From contig CM074805.1 in the NCBI GenBank assembly GCA_037447605.1, positions 4,559,361-4,623,360 on the forward strand: a stretch of 64,000 nucleotides of DNA, given 5' to 3'. Position 1 is the stretch's first letter, and each line of letters begins with the position of its first letter. Positions 24,991 through 38,369 of the stretch are shown piece after piece. The stretch is from Zygnema circumcarinatum SAG 698-1b. Taxonomy: Eukaryota > Plantae > Zygnematophyceae. Under the pieces are notes generated by a model. The model was not told where the DNA came from, did not search any database, and saw only the letters and a program-made list of their open reading frames with translations. Both the position numbers and the translations under genes were made by a program.

Positions 24991-26388
24991 TGTTGTTGCA
25001 GCGCCCTCCCTTGGTGGGGGTGCCACTTCTCCTCTACCTTGGGTAGAACTCGACATCTTCAATGAATTGCTCAATCACACAAAGCACACTAAATGCAAGA
25101 GAACAACTCAGCGGAAATATGAAAATGTAAGGAGAAAGCCACCAGCCTAAAACTCCTTAAGATAAAGATGAAATACAACTTGACAACACTAGAGCCAAGC
25201 TTCAAGCACCTCTCTCAAGCTACGTGAATAAACCACCCACTACAAGCTGAACTCTTCCCACTATCTCCTAGGCCCTAAGCAAGATAGCCTCACTCCCCAA
25301 TGTGAGTCACGAGAAGGTTAACTTCTACCAAACAATCTAACCCTTAAATACAATAGGGGGTCTCAGACTTAAACAAAACTTGGTAATCGTACAGCTTGGT
25401 AATTGGTAATCGGGGATAGAGAAATTGGTAATAATGATTACTTTGCCGAACCTGTGCCGAACCAAATGCAAGTCAACGCTGGTAATCGTACAAGTCCGAA
25501 ATTGGTCATGGGCGCCNNNNNNNNNNCCCCGCGCGGGCGAAGTTGGTCATCGCGCCTTTGGAAATTGGTCATACCGGCAAATGCGGAGTGGTGATAAAGT
25601 CACGTCGCGTCACGATCACGGTTACGTTCGGGGGGCGCGAGACTGGTGAAGTTGACTCGAAAACTTGGTAATCGTACAGCTTGGTAATTGGTAATCGTTT
25701 TTTAAGTCTGAGACCCCCTAATATGGCGCCAATAGTGACATTGTCACGTCACGGCCGCACATGCAACGCCTTGCAAGACCCTTATCCCGATCCTAATCTC
25801 GCGCCGTCGGATCCTCCTCAGCTTGCACGGATCCAGCACATCAATGCCGTCAGATCCGCCTCAGCCTTATCTCCATCCGAGTCCTCCACCGTAGGATCTG
25901 ACTCCTCATTACTTGGCGTCATGTGGGACCCCGTAAGCCTACGAGCGCCACCGACCTAGGCCGTACAGGCCTTCCCTTTAACCCAACACGTGGCGCCTTC
26001 CGATTCGCCACTGTCCTCCAAATGAATCATTGCTGACTTCGCACTTCGTCAATTCTGCTCCGCGCGCTGATTCGCGCCTCGTCACGTCCCGATTTGTCGC
26101 GTTGTGCCACGTCACATCTGACTCCGCCACGCCGCGCCTCGCCACCGACCAATGTCCGTACATTCGAGGTCCTGGCCTTACAAATCGTACCACTGATTGG
26201 CTCCACCGACATTCTGATGCCTTGCCTTGCCAAATCAGACTCTGCGCGCTACACGCACACCCCTTAAAGACTTGTACGGTCGCCTAGACGCCCCTCCGTA
26301 CAATGTGGACAACATGAGCACACCCCTCCTTAGAACTTAGTACCAACAACTTAGTGTACAACTAGTTCCTAACTACTTTACACTAACA
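24991..26388 (-). mobile_element. Solo LTR (TGTT...AACA family) inserted in the 5' LTR of element A
   Basis: TSD GGCTT; the uninterrupted site is visible in the 3' LTR near 39985. Confidence 0.85.
25356..25718. mobile_element. MITE with GGGGGTCTCAGACTTAAA TIRs nested in the solo LTR
   Basis: Inverted termini flanked by TA (AAT is also possible); internal 38-bp direct repeat AAAACTTGGTAATCGTACAGCTTGGTAATTGGTAATCG; N gap inside. Confidence 0.75.
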
Positions 26389-26834
26389 GGCTTAAGGGAG
26401 GGTTGGGGATTAACGGCACCACGGGACCAATCCGGCCCCGCGATTGGATCTCGGGCCGCGGCCCGGATCCCCCTTTTGGAATCGGCGGTCGTCCCGCGTG
26501 CGATTCACGGGTTCGTTGGTACAGGACGGGGCGGCTGTCGAACCCGCGCAGCGTAGGATCGGCCAGGTACGCAGGCGTCGCGGCGGCGCGCGTCGCGGCG
26601 TAGCGCCCGGCGAAATCGCGGTGAGCGTTGATGCGTTGTACACCTCGACCCATTCGGAGTCCGCGGGGGAGGCAGCGTGGCGATGCCGTTGGGCGGCCTT
26701 ACTTCGATGATCCTCCATCTTTGGTAGGAGGTTCAGCGGGGGAAGCGTAAAGGGAAGCGCGGGGGTGGCTATGCGTCAACCAACTAGCGATACCGGCGAC
26801 CGGTTGCACCTGCCCGAGTGCGCCCGACCTCACG

Positions 26835-26964
<130 letters not shown>

Positions 26965-27049
26965 ACTTTTCTTGATTCAGACGCTGAGTGCAGGCTAAGA
27001 GTGATTCCGCGCACGACCGAGGAGGGATTAGCCCCGCGGTCCGTTACAG

Positions 27050-27061
27050 TGGTATCAGAGC
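27050..27061 (+). promoter_or_regulatory. Primer-binding site (tRNA-iMet), element A
   Basis: TGGTATCAGAGC, 1 nt after the LTR end. Confidence 0.92.
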
Positions 27062-27102
27062 CGCGTTGCGGCCTTCTTCTTTGGGGAAGAACCTAGTGGG
27101 TC

Positions 27103-28637
27103 ATGGTGACCACTCGCCGGGCCGGAGGGGACCCGGGGCCCTCGGGGCCGCCACCTCCACCACCCGTCCCCCGGGACGAGGTGATGGAGGAGAACTCGGA
27201 AACTGCGGCCGTCCCCATGGAGGGGCCCAGTCCCGAGCCCACGGATGACCAAGGTCATCCGGTGAATGCTGCCCCTCCTCCCCTGCCACCGGAGCCGTTG
27301 GCTCTGGCAGACTCCTCCGATCCCATGATCGGGGCCCACATCACGGTGGGCGCGTTCTTGAAGATGAAGAAGAGGATCAATGATCTGGGAACGGACGTAA
27401 GGCAGCAGCGCGTCTCCACCATGGCTTATTCGAGGAAGGTGGACGACATGGAGCTGACGGTCCGCCGCCTGGTGGACACGCTCCAAATGGAATTCAAGGG
27501 TCTTTCAGAGATGCTCCGGAGGATCGAGGAAGGTATGCCCCACACCCCCCCTCAGGCTGTAGAGGCAGTGGATGCAGCAGGTCCTGGGGAAGGGGTTAGG
27601 CATACCACTCCGGTAGCGTCGTCTATACCGACGCCCCAACCGGCTGCCGGAAGCAGCCGGCAGAAGTCCGCACCCCCTGGCTTGTCCACAGGGGGGAGTC
27701 ACCCCCACGGGGGTGGCGAACCACCCAGCAGTGGGGGACCCCCGTCAGGGGCAGCTGCTGGGGGCGGAGGAGATCCCAGTCCTCGGACTGCTCCTCCGCA
27801 ACCTACTGAGGATGCCAAGCGGAATCGGGCCAAGGTGGCCCCGCTTTCCTTTTGGGGTGAACATCCTAACACGGACTGCTCGATTGAGCAGTGGTTGGGT
27901 CAAACGAAGGGTTACCTTCTTGCGACCAACTGTCCCCCCCTCCAGTGGGTAAGCTTTGCTTACCCAGCACTCAGAGGAGCCGCATACCGTGTGTATGAGG
28001 GTCTCTCTGATGAGATTGGGGACGATTGGGATAAGTTCAGAGATGAACTTATCAAACACTTTGGGGCCTTGGATCCCGGATTGGAGGCCCGGGATAAATT
28101 TCAGAACATGGTCCAAACCGGCAGTGTCAAGCAGTTTCTGCGAGACCTGCGACAGGTGGTGCCGCAAATCACCACCCACAAGCCTGGTCAGGCTGAGTTC
28201 TTTTTCCACTTCAGGAATGGCCTCAAACCACACCTGAGGAAGCAACTCAGGACCAACCCACAGACTCTAAAACCGTGGGACCCGCTGACTCTGAGCTGTA
28301 CTTTGATGCAGTCATTCAGTTGGACACCGCCCCTGCAAGCGATGCAGGCCCTTCCCGACCCCAGCAGAGGTCGGGCGATGTGACAGGGTCGTGGAAGGCG
28401 GGACCCTTTGCTCCTGCTAAACCAGCAAGAAAGAATAAGCGGGAGCAACCAGAGGCGGCTGCCCGCCCAGCCCCTGCACGGCCACAAAAGTTGACTCCAG
28501 AAGAGAAGGAGCGGATGCAGCGGGAGAACAAGTGCTTCCGATGCAGGAAAGAGGGGCACAAGGCCCGGGATTGCCCTCTGAATGCTAAGGACAAAAAGGG
28601 CAAGGGGCCGGAAAACCCCAACCCACCAGCAGCTTAG
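27103..28637 (+). pseudogene. gag: gag of element A (1-bp frameshift near 28280)
   Basis: Retrotransposon gag core plus zinc knuckle CFRCRKEGHKARDC. One C is missing in GACCC(C)GCT relative to element D. Confidence 0.85.
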
Positions 28638-29576
28638 GGGTCGCTGCTGGTGGACATGCTAGGTTAGGGGTAGGGATGGAAGCTGCCGCCAGGACTAGGG
28701 GACATTTGTTTCTTAGAACCTTGGACATTCTTAAATTGATTGGCAGACCTTTGGGAATGCATGATCTCTTTGTGTGTGATGCACTCCTTGTTTCCATTTC
28801 TCTTTCCCCTGCCACTATAGTGACTCCTTCTGGGTTCATGGATGAAGTGATGCATGGTCAATGGAATGTCGTTATCCTCAATGTAATGGGCGATGATGTC
28901 CTGGTGGAATGTTCCATGGATGCTTTGCATGTCATGAGGGATACATCCCACATCCTTGGGCTGCATGTGCTGTTTCCTCAGCACATGGCAGTTCGCACTC
29001 TTCCCAACGACACTTGGCGGTTGGTGAAACAGTTGAGGAAAGGGCACCCTTTGGTGCAAATGATGGAAGGATCCACCAGCTCGCTGGTGGGATCACCCTA
29101 CACCTTGGTGTGGAGGACGGCTCGTCCTCAACCCTCGCATATAGTGCGATCCATGTTCCATCTTGCCCATCGTGCCATGACCTTCACCGGGTCAGCCAAT
29201 GGCCACCCAGCAGTTATACTGCTAGATACTGGGGCAGATGCTAACTTTGTTAGTTCTGCATTCACCCAGAGATTTGGGTTGACCACAGATCCCCATTCAG
29301 AAAGTGTGACTTTCGGGGATGGACGCAAGGGCCAGATTTCTGGTAGCGTCACACTCAAGATCAAGCTCCAATCCTACTCCGGGGCAGTGAAGTGTCTTCT
29401 GACACAACTGGCTCCTGGTACAGATGTTATTTTAGGGAGTGCTTGGTTAACCATGGTCAAAGCCCAATTGGACTTTTCCATCCCACACTGCATTCTGCAC
29501 AGTGGGGATAGGCGCATCACACGGCACCCTGGCAAACCCACATCCACTGCTACCACGCAGGTTGATACTCCTTCTC

Positions 29577-32500
29577 TGTAACGAGGGTCCAGGGGACTGG
29601 TCTGGCGAGTCAGCGAGGAGTCGCGAGAGGTAGAGGGTGGAAGAGAGCGAAGCCGGTTTCCGGGTTGAATGCCGTTGCATTCGCCCCCGCCCCTATACGC
29701 TTCCCCCGTCGAACCCTCTACCAGCATGAGGGACCGGAAGCAGGGCCCACCACTAGCGAGACGCCGCGTGGCTGGTGTAGCCCATGGCGGATCGCCACGT
29801 GGAGTATATGTCAGTGCTCGGCCCGGAGCCGTCGCGCGAGGTTCGGCGTCGTCGCATATACGACGCGCGCATACGACGCGCATATGCGACACGCGACCGA
29901 CACCCGCGCGCGGCGCCCGCCGAAAGGCGGCGCGCGTCCGTACGCGCGCGGTCCCAGTATGTCGGTCCCCCGGCAGTCCGATCTCTGACCGGACTGACAG
30001 TCGGTACGGACAAACCGTGCGGAGATCTCTGTGGTGCGCGTAGCGCCCCGGTGGCTGTAGCGTTTCGCTACATTGCTCCCCCCCTAAAAAGATCGTGACG
30101 TCCTCGTCACGGGAGAAGACTAAGACAAAGCAGCCCGCAGCTTCAACGGTTTCCGCCGAAGTCTGCGTGAGGTCCGGGAGGGCTCGGCTACAACCCCGGT
30201 CAAGTCCCTTTCCGAGTTGCGCGCGGACTGCGCGGGGACGCCCCGTGCAGTCCGTGCCCGCTCACCAGCGGCTTGCGCCTCCCAATATAAGTTCACGAGC
30301 TCTTGGCAATGGGTCAAATTGCCTTCTTTCTCCCACGTGCTATGTTCAACCCCATAGCCCAGCCACTTCACGAGATATTCGTGGCGGGAGGTCTGACCCC
30401 TTTTCACGGTTCGGTGGGTCTGAATGGACTCGACCTCGTACTCGAGGTCGCCTTCAATATCCACTGGGGGTGGAGGTGGCTGGATCCTCCCGTCACTCAA
30501 GTAGCGCTTTAGCAGACTCACATGAAACACCGGATGTATCCTCATGTGAGCAGGCAAAGCCAGCTTGTAAGCGACTTCGCCAATGCGGCTCAAGACCTTG
30601 AATGGTCCGACGAACCGTGGCCACAACTTACGGGTTCCCCCGTAAGCCTTTAGTCTTAGGTTCGCGGTACTCAGCAGCACGTCCGCCCCAGGCTGGAATG
30701 TGAGCTGAGTCCGTTTGCGATCAGCATAGGTCTTCTGTCGGGACTGTGCCGCCAGCAGTGCCTGCCTTGCACGCTGCACAGCTTCGGACATGAGTCGAAC
30801 AAAAGATCTAACGGCGGGTGGGTGAGCCCCCCCAGCTCCTCTCAAGCCCCATGGGTCATCGTCCCGGTGGATGCCTGCAGTCCACGAGGACGGTGGCTGA
30901 TCCCTTGGCTGCAGGGGATTTAGAGGATGCTGACCATAATTCAAAAAGAAGGGGGTCGTACCGATTGATTCTTGATGAGCATTGTTGATGGCGTACTCCG
31001 CCAGTGGGAGTAAGGTATCCCACTCATCCGGCGTGGGTCCCACGTAATGCCGCAGGAAATCCTCCACAATGCGGTTGACCCTCTCCGTCTGGCCGTCAGT
31101 TTGTGGATGGAAAGCTATACTGAGCGCTTGCTTGGTGCCCACGATTTTCAGGATTTCAGTCCAAAAGTGACCGGTAAATCGGGGATCTCTGTCAGAAACA
31201 ATGGTGGACTGAAAACCATGCAAGCTCCACACCTTGTCAACGTAGAGGCGCGCCACCTCTTCCGCCCCAGCGGACTTCCTAGTAGGTGCAAAGTGCACCA
31301 TCTTGCTGAGACGGTCGACAAACACCATAATAGCATCGTGACCCCGTGGGGTTTCTGGTAAATCTGTGATCAGATCCATACCGATGCTCTCCCACTTACG
31401 AAAAGGGGGAGTGAGTGGTTGAAGCTGGCCAGGAATCCTGCCAGTGCGGGGCTTATCACGTTGACAGGTTGGACAGGCGAGTACATATGCCGACACATCC
31501 GACGTGAGTCCCGGCCACCAAAACTCACGGAGTATTGCCTCGGAGGTTTTGGCAACACCCATGTGGCCCCTGTAAGGAGGATCGTGCATCTCACTTAGAA
31601 TGAGCTGCCGTATAGTTCCACACGTGGGAACGACTAATTGCTTGTCGCGGTACCAAAACCCGTCTGTGGAGCGCAGCACTTTGTCCTTATAGCCACTACC
31701 CTGGCCGTCCAAGAACATAGGATCACCAGCATAACCCTCCCGAATCATCCATCTGTCTAAGATCAGAGAGGGTAGGGGGGTCGACCGTGGCGCTGGTTGG
31801 GGTGTCTATGGCTAAACACGTTGGGAAGGGAGAAGGTGAGTTGGCCGGCCCACCTTCTCGACCGCTTTGTTCCTCCAACACTCGGGTCGACGAGCGCACC
31901 ATCCAGGCAAGATGACTGGACTGTCTGCTCAACGGATCGGCAACATTCAACCTTCCTGGCCGATATACCCATTTGCAGTCAAATCTCTGGAGGAACTCGG
32001 ACCAACGGGCCTGCCGCCTAGATAGTGTCTGTTGGGAGGAGAGGAAGGTCAAGGGCCGGTGGTCTCAGGATCAACGTGACGTTTCCGCCTCTCCAAATAA
32101 AGGCAACGCTTACAAGTCTCAAGGCGTGAATAACTGGCGTAGCAGTTCCTCGCCGTTGCCGAAAGTAGTTTCAGATAGTTGGGTCTATCTTCCGCTTATA
32201 AGTTGTGTGGGTTGGCTCTCCGGGAACAAAGACGTAAATACAAGAGTTTAACCCTCGACAAGCCGCAAACCAATTTCATGTGGTTTGGTAGGGTCTGCCA
32301 ACACCAACGTAGGTGCGGTGATGAGGGCGTGTTTGGTCCCCTCAAACGCCACCTGACATTCATCTGTCCAGGTGTAGCGAACTCCAGATTTTGTGAGATC
32401 TGTAAGTGGAGTAACTAGCTTACTAAAACCTTGAATGAATTTACGAAAATAATTCGCAAAGCCCAAGAAGGAACGCAACTGATGCAGATCCTTAGGAACA

Positions 32501-35500
32501 GCCCAAGTGGCAACCGCCGCAATTTTAGCCGGGTCGGGCTTGAGGCCGTCCGTTCCAAGGATATGTCCAAGGTAGAGCAACTCGCGTTGCATGAACTGAC
32601 ATTTCTTGCGCTTCGATAGAATGTGGCCGGGCGTAAGACCGGCTAAACACATTGCTAACGGGTCATGGTCTTGTTCGCTTTTTGCTAAACCGGAATGTCA
32701 TCGTGAGGTAGACCGTAACGCATCACCCATGCTGGAGAAACATCTCGTCTATGATGATCAAAGGTTGCCGGTGCATTTGTCAACCCAAAGGGCAGTACCT
32801 TGTATTGGAAATGACCAATAGGCGTACGAAACGCAGTCTTTGGTACGTCAGCATCCGTGACCCGGATCTGATGGTAGCCCTGGGCCAGATCGAGCGAAGT
32901 GAAAATTCGCGCCCCATGCAACCGGTCTAATAAATCATCTATTCGAGGTAAAGCATAACGATTTTTTATCGTGATTTTATTAAGGGCCCGATAGTCAATG
33001 CACATTCGCAAGGAACCGTCTTTCTTTCCCACAAACAGGATAGGGGCCCCAAAAGGGCTCTGACTGGGCTCAATCCAGCCCTTGGAGCGCAGATTGACCA
33101 GCTGCTTTCGCATTTCTTCGGTCTCCTTGGGGCTCAATCGATAGATTGGTCGCCAAGGTGGTTTCTGCTCAGGCTCAAGGGGAATAGTATGCCCCACGCC
33201 ACGCGCAGGAGGCAGCCCTGAGGGGAGGTCCTCTGGGAAAATGTCCTGAAATTCGTTAAGTAAAGATTGGATCGCCAGTGGTACGGGTGGTAACGACTCT
33301 GAGGCAGTGGGTAACCACTCCTGGTCGCCGTCATAGACAGACTCGATTTCATCGACGAGGTGCACATAGAAGAGTACACAACCCGTTTTCACGGCTTTCG
33401 CCACCTGCATGGCGGAGCACAAGTGCGCCGCGTCTGGATGGAGGGGGGAGACAACCATGGGCATACCGGGGAGTAAGGTGACCCGCCGAGCGCCACTGCG
33501 AACCACGCAGTTTGGGACTGCAAAATCCATCACGGCCCGAACGGACTGCAACCAATGACTGCCTAAAATCAAGTCAATGCCCGGAGTCAGAACTGTGACC
33601 AAGCATTGAATTTGCCCGGAAAATGATTGAATTCGCAATCGAGTAGTCACGCAACCGAGGATCTGTCCCTTACGACCATCGCCGAACGTGACCGTATCGG
33701 AGCGGTCTGCAAGAACCAGGCCAGCCATCTTAACAAACGAAGAGTTCAGAAAATTATCGTCAGCGCCTGAATCGAATAATGCGATGACAGGTCTACCTTC
33801 CACAACCCCCGAAAAGGTCATGGCACAATGGGATCGCTGAAACATGGATCTGAGTACAACCAACGCAGCGGGACGCGCCGTGCGCCAAAGGACAGGGAAC
33901 AGAAGCGTGCAAGAGGTGATGTGGCCTGAGTCGTCCCAGCGCACCAACGGGTGACCCCTCCGCCAAATCCGTACCACCTTCCAATGGGCGTGGCCGAAAC
34001 AAGTGATGGGGACGTGTTGCGGAAGCAAGACGTGCACCGCAGACACGAGCATGGAAGTGCGCCCCCGTCGGAAGGCATCAAGGACACTATCAAACAGATC
34101 GGTAGCTCCGGTAGGGTTCAGAATCCAGATTTCAGCAGAGCCATCCCATTGCGCAACAGAAAACTCAAGAGAGGTCATTCGGGTGGAGAGAGAGAACAAA
34201 TAGTCATTCAGATATTCCGGGCAATGTAAGACGAAAATATCTGATGCAAGGGGCTGCCGGCCCATAATATTCAATAAATCACTGGAAAAGGGTACAACAA
34301 AATCCCTACGCCTGGCAGCTCCAACAACCATTCTCCCCCCCCTACCACTACCACCTGCAACAACCTCTAGACTGCAGGTGGGTTTCCGTTTTCCGGGCCA
34401 GGAGCTTGCTGACCCTTAGGACAGTCACGAGCCAGATGCCCCGCCTGTCGGCAACGGTAGCATCGGCCCTCCTTCTTGAGCCTGTCCGCTTCTTGGGACG
34501 TCAACTTGGGGACTTTCGCCGCCAAGGGCTGAGTTGGTGCATCCCCAGGACGCTTGGGCCCCCTTCCGCCCCCACGCGGGGCTCGAAAGGGTGGGGTCTC
34601 CCGCCGAGGCGAGTTGGAGCCAGAGGGTACCGGGGACCAAGTCCACGCCACGGGTCGGCCGCTACGGTCCGCGCGTCCGCGTTCACAGCGGCCGCATAAA
34701 ACAGATCTGCGTCTGCAGCCACCCAGGGCTTAGAAGTAGCGGGGTTGAGCAACAGTTGGTTAGCAATGTGAGGTTTCAAACCCGGAGAACTCAGAACTGC
34801 TCAACTCGGGAGGAGGTCACGAGTAATCGACACCGTGTCGCCAGCAGTCGCTGAGGAACTGGAGCACGCTGCCTGTCTGCACCAAAGTGGCGTACTTCCG
34901 GCGACCCTCCAAGCTGGGGTCGAGCACGCCAAAGTGCTTGTTCATCTCGGTTTCAAACCGAGCCCAACTGCCATTGATACTGGCCCGAAGGTTGGAGAAC
35001 ACGCGGAAAGCCTGTCCACGGAGAGAGGGGTACGCGTAGTTCACCCACTCCTCCGGTGGGCAGCGGGTCGCGTAAAGGTAACCCTCTGTCTGACTGACCC
35101 ACTGCTCAAACGGGCAGTCGGTAGCTGGTCGCTCACCCCACAATGAGATGGTGGGACCTACGCTGTTGGGCGCAAAACCCAGTCGGGGTGGCTTATCGCT
35201 CAAGGGGTCAAGGCCACCGGCCCGCCCCCGCAGGTATCGGGTGGGGGTATCCCCATGACGGGAGGATGACCCCATCGATATCGCGTAGAGCCCCCGCTCG
35301 TAGGGCGTGGGTCACACCGTACACCCGGAGGTGGCCCGGCCGGGAGGGGAGGGGGGGGTGCCACCGGCAACGAGTTCACAGAGGTGGCACCCCTGAGTGG
35401 ACCCCTCGGAGGAGGACCAGGCTCACTCTGGGTGCGGAGGGGCTGACCTCTGGTCTCGCGATGTCCCGCCCGGACCTCCGCGAGGTCCCGGCGGTAGTCG

Positions 35501-36472
35501 TCTCGGAAGTCCTCCTGAAGGCGTCGGTTCTCGTCGGTGGACCGTCGTAGGAGGAGCTCCAACGAGGTGATCTGCCGTTCCAGGCGGTCGGCCCGCTCAT
35601 CTTGAGCGGCCGAACGCAGGAGAAGGTCGTTCCGCTCCTCAGTCACGGGAGTCAGATCCGCAAGTGTCAACGGGCGGCCAAAGTCCTCGTGCTGAGGAGG
35701 GTCCTCCGGGTGGTCCTCCCAGAGGTTTGGTTCTGCCGGCAGGGCCCGCGCGGCCGAGGTCGCGGTGACCGGAGCCCCGACCGGTGGAACATGCTCCCCT
35801 GAGGCCTCGCCCACGGCAAGGTAAGCGGGTGCCGGTGGGGGAGGTGGGGGAGGAAGGGGAACCGGCGGTGTGTCTGACGGTGCCGGCTCCCCAGCTCCCC
35901 GTGCGCGCGTGGTGACCATGGTGGGAGCGGTGAGCAGCCGTAAGATCAAGAAAAACGGCTCTGATACCAATGTAACGAGGGTCCAGGGGACTGGTTTGGC
36001 GAGTCAGCGAGGAGTCGCGAGAGGTAGAGGGTGGAAGAGAAATAAGCCGTTTCCGGTTGAATGTCGCTGTATCGCGCTCTCACCTATACGCTTCCCCGTC
36101 AACCTCTACCAAAGATGAGGGACCGGAAGCGTGGCCTACCATCATGCAGGTTTTCGCGGGCGTCGGTAGCCCAGTGGGCGATCTTTTCACGCGGGAGTAT
36201 ATGCCGTGCTCGCCCGAGCCGTCACAGGTTCGGGCGTTGCCGCGATACGACGCCGCCGCATACGACCCAAGCATAGCGCGCATACACGCCGGACCAACAA
36301 CACCAAGGCCAGCGGGCTCGGGCCGAAAGGCGCGGCCCAGACGCTGCGCGGTCCCAGCAGGCCGAAAACCTTCCGCAGTCCGACCGACCGGATCGACAGT
36401 CGGTAATGACAAACCGCACGAGATCTCCATGGTGCGCCAGAAGCGCTCTCGTGGGTGGCTGTAGCTACCACA
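29577..36472 (-). mobile_element. Ty3/gypsy chromovirus, element B, nested in pol of A
   Basis: LTRs 29577-30072 and 35971-36472; TSD TTCTC; PBS 35958-35969; PPT AGGGGGGGAGCAA; gag about 35920-34367; pol 34370-30120 with integrase and chromodomain (ORF 30120-31748). Confidence 0.92.
35958..35969 (-). promoter_or_regulatory. Primer-binding site (tRNA-iMet), element B
   Basis: TGGTATCAGAGC on the minus strand next to the LTR. Confidence 0.92.
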
Positions 36473-38369
36473 TTCTCCTCGCCGGCCATGCAATTGGCCA
36501 AAGCTGTTAAGGAGGGTTGCACCTTGTTCATGGTGCATGTCATGGCAGCCACTGAGGATGTGCATGACGAAGATCAGGAATGGCAGATCACATCTACGGA
36601 TGTGCTCTCGGCCGTTCCACCCAAAATCCAACCTTTGTTGGATGAATTCAGGGATGTCTTCCCTGACGACCTTCCAAGAGGGTTGCCACCATCTAGAGGA
36701 GTGGGGCACACAATCCCTCTTGAGCCTGAGCAAAAGCCGCCTTGGCGGCCGATTTATCGGTTAAGCCCAAAAGAAACCGAAGAGATGCGTAAGCAGTTGA
36801 CTAATTTACGGGACAAAGGCTGGATAGAACCCAGTCAGAGCCCCTTTGGGGCGCCCATCTTGTTTGTTGGGAAAAAAGATGGCTCGTTGAGGATGTGCAT
36901 TGATTATCGCGCACTCAACAAGATCACCGTAAAGAATCGATTTGCTTTACCACGTATCGATGATCTGTTGGATCGTCTTCACGGCGCCAAAGTGTTTACA
37001 TCACTTGATCTTGCTCAGGGGTATCATCAGATCCGCGTCACGGAAGCTGATGTGCCAAAAACTGCGTTCCGGACGCCGATTGGTCATTTCCAATATAAGG
37101 TGTTGCCCTTTTGGATTGACTAATGCTCCAATTGACCCAACAGACCTTGTCTAGGCGGCAGGCACGCTGGTCTGAGTTCCTCCAAAGGTTTGACTGCCAG
37201 TGGGTTTATCGACCCGGAAGGCTGAATGTAGCAGACCCACTGAGCAGGCAGCCTCGGCATCTTGCCTGGATGGTGCGCTCGTCGACTCGAGTGTTGGTGG
37301 AACGAGATGACAGAGGTGAGGGGCCGGCCAACCCCGAGTCTCCGTCTCCAGCATGCTTTGTCATAGATCCCTCCACCAGTGACGCAGTCGACCCTCCTGC
37401 TCTCTCTGATCTCAGACAGATGATTCAGGAGGGGTATACTGGTGATCCAATGTTCCTGGATGGCCAAGGTAATGGCTATAAGGACAAAGTGGTGTCTAAG
37501 GACGGATTCTGGTACCACGGCCAGCAGTTGGTCGTGCCCAAGGCCGGAACTGTACGGCAGCTCATTCTGAGTGAGCTACATGATCCTCCGTACAGGGGTC
37601 ACATGGGAGTTGCTAGAACCCGTGAGGCACTGCTCCGTGAGTTCTGGTGGCCTGGACTCACGAGGGATGTAAAAGCGTATGTACTCGCTTGTCCAACTTG
37701 TCAACGAAACAAACCTCGCAATGGTAGGATACCTGGCCAGTTGCAACCCCTCACACCTCCTTTTCGGAAATGGGACAGTGTGGGTATGGATTTGATCACA
37801 GATCTTCCTGTGACACCTCGGGGGCATGACTCCATCCTCGTCTTTGTCGACCGGCTCAGCAAGATGGTGCATTTTGCACCAACTACTAGGACAGCTGGGG
37901 CCGACGAGATTGCACGGTTGTATGTTGACAAAGTGTGGAGTCAGCATGGTCTTCAGTCAGAAATTGTGTCTGACCGCGATCCACGATTCACCGGCCATTT
38001 TTGGACGGAAGTGCTCAAAATCGTGGGGACCAAGCAGGCATTGAGTACAGCTTTCCACCCGCAAACCGATGGCCAGACGGAACGGGTGAACANNNNNNNN
38101 NNCTGATCGTCACCGTACCCAACTCACCTTCAAAGAGGGCGATGAGGTGTTGCTAAGTACGGCGAACTTGAGACTCAAAGCTTATGGCGGAACACGTAAG
38201 CTGTGGCCCCGCTTCATCGGACCTTTCGAGGTCGTGAAGCGCATCAACGATGTCGCTTACAGGTTGGATTTACCAGCCCATATGAAAGTGCATCCGGTCT
38301 TTCATGTGGGATTGCTAAAGGCCTACTGTAGCGATGGGAGGATCCAGCCACCTCCCCCACCAGTGGAAC

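Noticed and set aside
32640-32770. Frameshift clusters in RT/RNase H of B, integrase of C and gag 5' end of D as evidence of old age or novel sequence
   Set aside because: Dense 1-bp indels next to clean sequence look like uncorrected long-read gap fill, so age and activity cannot be inferred.
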